A stretch of DNA of 64,000 bases from Spirochaetota bacterium (lineage in GTDB: Bacteria > Spirochaetota > Leptospiria > Turneriellales > Turneriellaceae), in assembly GCA_049323535.1 (NCBI GenBank), contig JBMOPL010000006.1, positions 31,614-95,613 on the forward strand, given 5' to 3'. Shown piece after piece: positions 58,156-64,000 of this stretch (position 1 is the first letter of the stretch; each line of letters begins with the position of its first letter). The position numbers were made by a program, and so were the translations under genes. Below the pieces are notes generated by a model. It searched no databases, had not been told where the DNA came from, and saw nothing but the letters and a program-made list of their open reading frames with translations.

Positions 58156-59328
58156 ATGAGGATTTTCCCTTTACTGTTTCTTGCTGCGCCGTTCGCAGGC
58201 CCTTTCCTGATCCACGCATTACCGTCGCTGACTGAAGAAAAATTTCGGGCTCACCTGGTGCAAAGATTCGCGCCGGTCGGCGAACAACACGCGGGAAGGA
58301 TCTTTGACTGTATCGACGAATCGCAGTCGGCCGCGCCGGTTCGTCTGAAGATCACGAACAAGACATTCAACTATTTCGAACCGGCTGCCGGCTTTGCGCA
58401 CTTTCTTGGGGAATTCAAGGGGTGGCCGCTGATGGTTTCGTTCGCGCACACAACGGCAGAAACGCGCCGACGGACCGTGGTGATACCCTTTCGCGGTGAC
58501 ACGTTCGGCTACCATAAGTCATTTCTGACTCCGGCCATCATTGACTACGCAGCCAGAGATGCCCGGAAGTTCCTGGTTTTTCCCGGCGAATTTATCTACG
58601 TAAAAAAGCCGCCGGCTTCAGCCGATCACGGCGCGCCGCTGCCCGTGATGTCCCTGTGCCATAACCGGTCTTACTGGTTTGGGCGTGTTGGCCCCGAGTG
58701 GCCGCTCATGGACGAGCATGCCTGGCCACTGCTGGCCGAGCTGTTTCCCTTCGACGTTGACTATGAGTTCATCGCCTACAGCAACGGGACCGTAAGCCGC
58801 AATGCGTTCTTGCGCCGTGAGCCGACGCAGGAGATCACTCCCTACAAAACAGCGGGCTTAAGCCCCAAAGACTATCTCGACTACTATATCAGAAATCACT
58901 CCGCACCACCTGCAGCTGCAAAGGCTATCAGGAGTCTGATTGATATCGAAGGCAATTTTCGCATCAGCAACGATCTTTTTGACCTGATGGCATTCATTCG
59001 CGATGAAATCATGCCGGACAAAGAACGCTCGTATTACTCGATTGTTCGGGTCGACAAACCGGATGCTTTTCCCGTAAATGCCCTGATGATTCGCGCGCTT
59101 GGCCTTCAGGCGATAGAAACCAGTGACGGGATTCTGCGCTACACCAATGCTCATGGTAATGTAATCATGGAGGTTCTCGGACGTAACGGGCGTGAGCCCT
59201 ATGGCAGCGGCGCCAATGACTTATTGAAAACGACGCCGGTTGAGCGTTATCGCGGTACCGTGCGGCGCAAAGCCGTATCGCATTTCGGCATCATCGATTT
59301 CGCACTAAAAAGGGAGGAAAGCCATTGA
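58156..59328 (+). CDS. Hypothetical exported protein, alpha/beta-hydrolase-like (paralog B)
   Basis: GGGGA SD, signal peptide; FIAYSNGT, IRSLIDIEGN, late SHF. Confidence 0.6.
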   Translation: MRIFPLLFLAAPFAGPFLIHALPSLTEEKFRAHLVQRFAPVGEQHAGRIFDCIDESQSAAPVRLKITNKTFNYFEPAAGFAHFLGEFKGWPLMVSFAHTTAETRRRTVVIPFRGDTFGYHKSFLTPAIIDYAARDARKFLVFPGEFIYVKKPPASADHGAPLPVMSLCHNRSYWFGRVGPEWPLMDEHAWPLLAELFPFDVDYEFIAYSNGTVSRNAFLRREPTQEITPYKTAGLSPKDYLDYYIRNHSAPPAAAKAIRSLIDIEGNFRISNDLFDLMAFIRDEIMPDKERSYYSIVRVDKPDAFPVNALMIRALGLQAIETSDGILRYTNAHGNVIMEVLGRNGREPYGSGANDLLKTTPVERYRGTVRRKAVSHFGIIDFALKREESH

Positions 59329-60458
59329 AACACCTTGCACTTATTCTGCTGGTACCGGTCTGTGTGTATCGGTGCAGCACAACGGCCCGGATGCAGGTCA
59401 CGCCGGAACATAGGGACTTTCTCACGCCGGTCAGTAGCAGCAGCTACCGCAACGACAGTATTAATAGGCTCTTTCACCGCCTCGAAGCAAAAGGCGATTC
59501 AGTCTGCGAAATGATTTTTCAGATGCGCCCATACGACGAAGCCGTAGCCAAAGAATTTTCCCAGACCCTCGATTTCCGCAAAGACCCCAGAGAGAAATGG
59601 TACAATAATGTTCTGCCCACGATGCTCGCAGGTTGTTTTAATTTTTTCAAAATGAATGACCGCGGTGTGCACAAGACTCTTGCACTGGTCGAAGAATTAT
59701 ACCCCGAGGCGAAAGACTGCTATACGGTCGGTTTTGCGCAGTTTTATCTGATGTTTCAGAAAATGCGTTGTAACCGCTTTGCCGCTATCGATATAGACTG
59801 GCGCATTCTCAAAGCCCACTATGACTTTCAAAGCCTCGCGCGCACCAATCGACAGCACGTGGGTGCCTTGACGCTTTTGCAGCAGTTAGAGCTGGGCTGG
59901 GTTGCGCACTTTGATACCCGGCCGCCCAGGCGCGAGCAGGTGAAAAGTGAAGTTTCACTGTGCATGGAGACTGAAAAGGTCCACTGTCGGAGTGCCTTTG
60001 AACATTACGTGAGCCAGGCACAGCTGCCAAAGACCGAGCTTGTCCTGGGATTCATACACGACGCCGACCTTGCACCGCGTGAAGGTGATGTCAGCGTTGT
60101 CTTCGCGAGCAATGCTCTCGATTGGGAATACACCAGCCGCGAGCAGTTCAACAAATTGCTCCAATCGGCACGGGATAGCCTGGGCAAGCGCAACAAGCTG
60201 GCCATCGTCTACCAGGCCGGGGACTCAGAAGATATCGCGGTTTATGAATTGGCCACTAATGAAGAGGGGGTTTTCACGGCCACCGTACGCTGCCGCGACA
60301 ATCTACGGTGGTCAGACCGCTACAAGAAATACCTGCGGGGCAAACCTATTTATACCTGGTTCGACGAAATCTACCAACGGGACCAGCTTAAGCAGGCACC
60401 CCGTTGTCACGTTGGCGGAACCCGCCGCTATATCACCGACTCAACCAAAAAAATCTGA
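59325..60458 (+). CDS. Hypothetical lipoprotein with SAM-methyltransferase-like fold (BtaA/DUF3419-like)
   Basis: GGAGG SD, TTGA overlap; Cys-containing signal; YTVGFAQF..FAAIDID and VVFASNALDW patterns. Confidence 0.5.
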   Translation: MKHLALILLVPVCVYRCSTTARMQVTPEHRDFLTPVSSSSYRNDSINRLFHRLEAKGDSVCEMIFQMRPYDEAVAKEFSQTLDFRKDPREKWYNNVLPTMLAGCFNFFKMNDRGVHKTLALVEELYPEAKDCYTVGFAQFYLMFQKMRCNRFAAIDIDWRILKAHYDFQSLARTNRQHVGALTLLQQLELGWVAHFDTRPPRREQVKSEVSLCMETEKVHCRSAFEHYVSQAQLPKTELVLGFIHDADLAPREGDVSVVFASNALDWEYTSREQFNKLLQSARDSLGKRNKLAIVYQAGDSEDIAVYELATNEEGVFTATVRCRDNLRWSDRYKKYLRGKPIYTWFDEIYQRDQLKQAPRCHVGGTRRYITDSTKKI

Positions 60459-61285
60459 GGTGTGATCCAGCGGCCGCCGCCTTTGTGCGGTTCGTGGCCG
60501 GTCAAGAGTCTCGTACCGGGTTTGATCGAGCGAATAAAGGCCAGATTCCGGTTTTGGTCGAACGCCGCGGCTGCTGGTAAACCTATGCCGTCATGGCATT
60601 CCTTGGCGAAATAGCACTCGTCCCCGGTGAAGATAGTGGGTTCGGATTTTGACTGCAACTGGATGACCAGCGACCCACGCGTATGGCCTGCCGTATGAAT
60701 TGCTTCCAGGTTGTCGCCCACGGACATGCGACTCTGAATAATTTGCAGTCGGTTTTGCGCCGCGAGTTTTTCAAACACCCGTTTCAGCTGCTGTGATTCA
60801 GGTTTTTCGGCTTCGCTGGCGTGAACGTAAACGGTTGCAGAACCGAACAGTTCAACGTCAAGCGCGTGATCAAAATGTGTATGTGTCAGGATAACCTTTT
60901 GAATTTGCCGCGGCTCTATATTGACCTGTTTCAGAATTTCGGTGATCGGTTTGAAGTCACGCAGGCCGAACCTCTTGATGAGTACCGGGTCGCTGAAACC
61001 GCAGTCGATGAGCGTGAGACTGCCGTCGGCTGAACGGATCAGATACGCCAGCCAGTGCACGTAGACCTTACCCACCGCCTGACGTGTATTGACTAGCCTG
61101 GCCGGGTATTCACTCTCTGCATACTTCAACGCGTAGATCTGCGTATCTTGACGCGGCTTCTTCTCCGCGGCCTGGCAACTGGCGAAAAGCACGCAGACGG
61201 CGAGGACCGCTGGCCTGATCGTAAGCAGCCATTCGTGCCCGTAAAATCCGGTTTTGAGTTCAAAGCGTCGAAGATTCCTGACCAC
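60428..61285 (-). CDS. Metallo-beta-lactamase-fold hydrolase, AiiA/AHL-lactonase-like, probably exported
   Basis: LIDCG, ILTHTHFDH (HxHxDH), TAGHTRG, FTGDEC, LTGHE; FASC lipobox-like. Confidence 0.8.
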   Translation of the reverse strand: MVRNLRRFELKTGFYGHEWLLTIRPAVLAVCVLFASCQAAEKKPRQDTQIYALKYAESEYPARLVNTRQAVGKVYVHWLAYLIRSADGSLTLIDCGFSDPVLIKRFGLRDFKPITEILKQVNIEPRQIQKVILTHTHFDHALDVELFGSATVYVHASEAEKPESQQLKRVFEKLAAQNRLQIIQSRMSVGDNLEAIHTAGHTRGSLVIQLQSKSEPTIFTGDECYFAKECHDGIGLPAAAAFDQNRNLAFIRSIKPGTRLLTGHEPHKGGGRWITPQIFLVESVI

Positions 61286-61356
61286 CGGGATCTACGGCTC
61301 TGCCATTGTCTCAACCGTAAAGTCTCATTTCAGGTGATCCGGCGCCATTACCCCCA

Positions 61357-61525
61357 AAACTCCGTAGTACCACTCAGATTTTCCGGTGTCGGCGCTGATG
61401 ACAAACGCAAAGACATGTGCTAAGTTCTGATCACCAAAAGGGCAGTCCCTTTCGGTGAGGGTGCGACAAGAAAGGACCTCGTGTCCGTCGCACCCAAGAT
61501 ACCTCGTGTATCATTGGAGGAAAAG
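61357..61525 (+). promoter_or_regulatory. Conserved structured 5' leader, copy 2
   Basis: Aligns with the reverse complement of 13778-13947; hairpins with compensatory changes. Confidence 0.6.
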
Positions 61526-61810
61526 ATGAAAAAGACAATTCTCGCTGTAACAGCACTGGTGTTTGTAGGAGCTCTGGCTTCGGTAGAAGTAATACCCGCA
61601 GACGCAAAACTGACCAACTGTGAAAACCTGGGTAAAGTACAGGCAGGTGACCGCTTCGCAGGCCTCGATCGCGAAACCGCAATCAAAGCCGTTAAAGAAG
61701 AAGCGAAAGCTATGAACGCGAACAAAGTGTTCCTGGATGTAACCTCGTACAACCACCCGAAACTCGGTAAGCAGTACGTCGCCAAGGCAAGCGCCTGGAA
61801 GTGCAACTAA
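61526..61810 (+). CDS. Small secreted protein, DUF4156-like; paralog of 13490-13777
   Basis: GGAGG SD, MKKTILAV signal, NCENLGKV, HPKLGKQY, AWKCN. Confidence 0.72.
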   Translation: MKKTILAVTALVFVGALASVEVIPADAKLTNCENLGKVQAGDRFAGLDRETAIKAVKEEAKAMNANKVFLDVTSYNHPKLGKQYVAKASAWKCN

Positions 61811-61830
61811 TTGCCCGTGACGATTCGATA

Positions 61831-61862
61831 GCACCCGCCTCTTCTGGGCGGGTGTTTTTTCT
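61831..61862 (+). terminator. Rho-independent terminator
   Basis: CACCCGCC-TCTTCTG-GGCGGGTG followed by T6. Confidence 0.8.
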
Positions 61863-61933
61863 TTTGTGGTAACCCTCACCGCAAGCAGCTAAATTCCACT
61901 TGCCATAACGTTCACAACCCTCAATCACAGGCC

Positions 61934-62332
61934 ATGCCTTTGCTGCGACCAGCTATCTCTCTGCCAGTCGCCGACGCGCAGGTCACCGCCCGCTTCTACG
62001 GCGCCGTATTTGGTGACCCATCGGTCAGTCGCGAGGCGGGCACGGTGACGCTCTCTCTGCCCGGTGTGAATATCTTCTTTATAGAAGTCGAAGAGTTTAA
62101 TCTGTTACTCAAGCCCGCCGATGGTGATGCGCGCTTTTCTGCCGAAACGAATGCAGTGATGCTGACAGCAACGGTCAGCACGCGAGACGAGGCATACGCA
62201 GTACTCAAAGCTGCATCTGGCGCAGGCGGTGTACCCTGCGGGCAGGCAGTGCCGTATTCGTGGGGCCTCGCTGCGTACTTCAAAGATCCCGACGGTCACC
62301 TGTGGGAGGTTCTCTGGCATTCGGCCAAATAA
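61934..62332 (+). CDS. VOC/glyoxalase family protein
   Basis: ISLPVAD..RFY..VFG, YSWG, YFKDPDGHLWEV. Confidence 0.85.
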   Translation: MPLLRPAISLPVADAQVTARFYGAVFGDPSVSREAGTVTLSLPGVNIFFIEVEEFNLLLKPADGDARFSAETNAVMLTATVSTRDEAYAVLKAASGAGGVPCGQAVPYSWGLAAYFKDPDGHLWEVLWHSAK

Positions 62333-63147
62333 AACCGGGAACCAGGATTTCTCTGGTCGCTCTGGCGACTTTTGCCGCGTTCGTTGTTCTAACGATGTCC
62401 CTGCGCGGTACGCTCACACGTCCCCTTATCTTTCCTGCGCCAGACTACCGGTTCACGCCGGCGCTGCCTGGCGGTAAAATGGTTACCGCGCGCGGTGAGC
62501 GCACTGCGTATGGCTATTATGCGCGCGGTGGCAAAAAGCTCGCGGTCTTCTTTCACGGCAACGGCGAGGTGATGGGCTCGATGCAAGACCTCGCGGCTGA
62601 AATGCTCAGGCAGGGCATGAGTGTGCTATTGGCGGAGTACCCCGGTTACGGTTATGCAGCCGCATACAGGGCAAGCGAAGCGAATCTCTATGCCGACGCG
62701 CAGTTGTTAATTGAAACAGTGCAGCGCGAAAACCAGCACAGCAATGACGACACGCTTCTGTGGGGATTTTCTCTCGGGACAGGAGTGGCGGTCGAAATGG
62801 CCGTGCGCGGCTTCGGTGGTTCGCTCTTGCTGATGGCACCGTTTACATCAATGGTCGAGCTCGCAGAAAAGCATTTCACTCCGCTCGCGCGCTTGCTGGT
62901 GGTTGATCATTTCGACAGTGCATCGAAGGCGGACAGAATTGCCCTGCCTGTGCTGATTATACATGGTGACCGCGACCAGGTTATACCGGTCGCACAGGCG
63001 AGGCAGCTCGCAAAGCTATTTCGGCAGGCGCGTTATCTCGAGGTGGCGGGCGCCGACCACAACGACATCCTGCAGCACATCACGCAGGATTCATGGCGTG
63101 ATGCCGTGAAATTTGCCCGCATGGGCTCCGCAGAAGGATTCCGTTAG
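62260..63147 (+). CDS. Membrane-anchored alpha/beta hydrolase (ABHD13/17-like); start uncertain
   Basis: FFHGNG, EYPGYG, WGFSLG nucleophile, IHGDRDQVI, ADHND. Confidence 0.88.
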   Translation: MGPRCVLQRSRRSPVGGSLAFGQIKPGTRISLVALATFAAFVVLTMSLRGTLTRPLIFPAPDYRFTPALPGGKMVTARGERTAYGYYARGGKKLAVFFHGNGEVMGSMQDLAAEMLRQGMSVLLAEYPGYGYAAAYRASEANLYADAQLLIETVQRENQHSNDDTLLWGFSLGTGVAVEMAVRGFGGSLLLMAPFTSMVELAEKHFTPLARLLVVDHFDSASKADRIALPVLIIHGDRDQVIPVAQARQLAKLFRQARYLEVAGADHNDILQHITQDSWRDAVKFARMGSAEGFR

Positions 63148-63419
63148 TTTTCGGGCGTGTCGTCGATCACCCGCACCGAGCGGTTTTCAGCCCGTTTGAG
63201 GCATGACTGGTAATTGGTTTCACAGCGCAGATCGCACTGGCTGACGCTCTGGTGCGCCATCTTTGAATGTGACATACTGGTATTAGCCAGGTTGCAGTTC
63301 TGGTGGCACATACGGTTATTTTGTTCACACATTTCCGTCGCCCGATCGACCGAGCGGCAGGCAGACCCCGAAAGAAAAACCATAAGCAGCAGGGGCAACA
63401 GAAGCTGAATCCTATTCAT
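63144..63419 (-). CDS. Small Cys-rich lipoprotein
   Basis: Lipobox GSAC; CEQNNRMCHQNC..CDLRCETNYQSC. Confidence 0.6.
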   Translation of the reverse strand: MNRIQLLLPLLLMVFLSGSACRSVDRATEMCEQNNRMCHQNCNLANTSMSHSKMAHQSVSQCDLRCETNYQSCLKRAENRSVRVIDDTPEN

Positions 63420-63472
63420 AGGTTTAACCTGCAGAATACGTTCGCGGTCGACAAGCCGTTTCGTTGTCCACA

Positions 63473-64000
63473 ATGACCGAAATGGCGACCAAATTCACCG
63501 TCAAAGACGCTGCGCCGCTGCTCGATTTTTTGCTGATAAAACTGCATGGCAAGAGCCGCACGGGTGTGAAGGCCATGCTCACAAGGGGGATGGTTCGCGT
63601 TGACGGAACAGTGGTCACGCAGGCAAAACACTCCCTCGTGCCCGGGCAGGTTGTCGCGATTGGCGATGCCGCACCCGAAAAACCCGTTGCCCTGCGCGGC
63701 GTCAAAATCGTCTTTGAAGACGATTCGGTCATCGTCATCGACAAGGCCGCGGGTCTGCTTTCGGTGGCGACAGATACGGGGCACGAGCGTTCGGCGCACA
63801 GCATCGTGAGCGAGCACGTAAAGCGCAAGAACCCGAGGGCGAAGGTGCTCGTTGTGCACCGGCTTGACCGCGATACGTCGGGTCTGATGATGTTTGTCAA
63901 AGACCGTGAGCTGCAGCGGCAACTGCGGCAGAACTGGCAGGAGAGCATCGAGACGCGCCGGTATATTGTGCTCGTTGAAGGTAATGTCGCCAAAGACAGT
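63473..64000 (+). CDS. RluA/RluD-family pseudouridine synthase with S4 domain, 3' end outside window (absent from ORF track)
   Basis: MTEMATKF.., VRVDG S4, IVFEDDSVIVIDKAAGL, VHRLDRDTSGL catalytic motif. Confidence 0.93.
   Translation, partial: MTEMATKFTVKDAAPLLDFLLIKLHGKSRTGVKAMLTRGMVRVDGTVVTQAKHSLVPGQVVAIGDAAPEKPVALRGVKIVFEDDSVIVIDKAAGLLSVATDTGHERSAHSIVSEHVKRKNPRAKVLVVHRLDRDTSGLMMFVKDRELQRQLRQNWQESIETRRYIVLVEGNVAKDS

Noticed and set aside
61396-61430. CTGATGA as a hammerhead ribozyme core; ACGCAAAG..CTAAG as a c-di-GMP-I riboswitch
   Set aside because: No stem II followed by GAAA in either leader copy, and no GGCAAAC P1/P2 architecture; copy 1 lacks the GCAAAG match

Overview
A 64 kb chromosomal segment of a spirochete-like bacterium. 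Leptospiraceae (Turneriella-like) is inferred from a clear FcpB flagellar-sheath homolog, DUF1564-like paralogs and many lipoproteins. Housekeeping content: an A2-type caa3 cytochrome c oxidase operon (cut by the left edge), radA, speE, purM, mlaA/mlaC, zapA, three FKBP PPIases, a CIRCE-controlled hsp20 pair, a CusCBA-type heavy-metal RND operon, a yefM-yoeB toxin-antitoxin pair with a textbook TGTACA operator, rpmH (missed by the ORF track), rnpA, a displaced yidD, chrA, two MFS transporters, c-di-GMP proteins (GAF-degenerate GGDEF-EAL; PilZ), a sigma54 activator and an RluA-type pseudouridine synthase (cut by the right edge). I saw no rRNA, tRNA, CRISPR array or transposase. The best candidates for undescribed biology are: (1) a ~170-nt leader with compensatory hairpins, conserved upstream of two paralogous small secreted-protein genes 48 kb apart; (2) a three-gene exported operon of two divergent alpha/beta-hydrolase-like paralogs plus a SAM-fold-like lipoprotein; (3) a sensor-less histidine kinase / REC-RsbW-like kinase / ABC transporter operon; (4) a GC-rich palindromic element translated inside cusA and at the end of an MFS gene. 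All family calls come from motif recognition by eye, not database searches.
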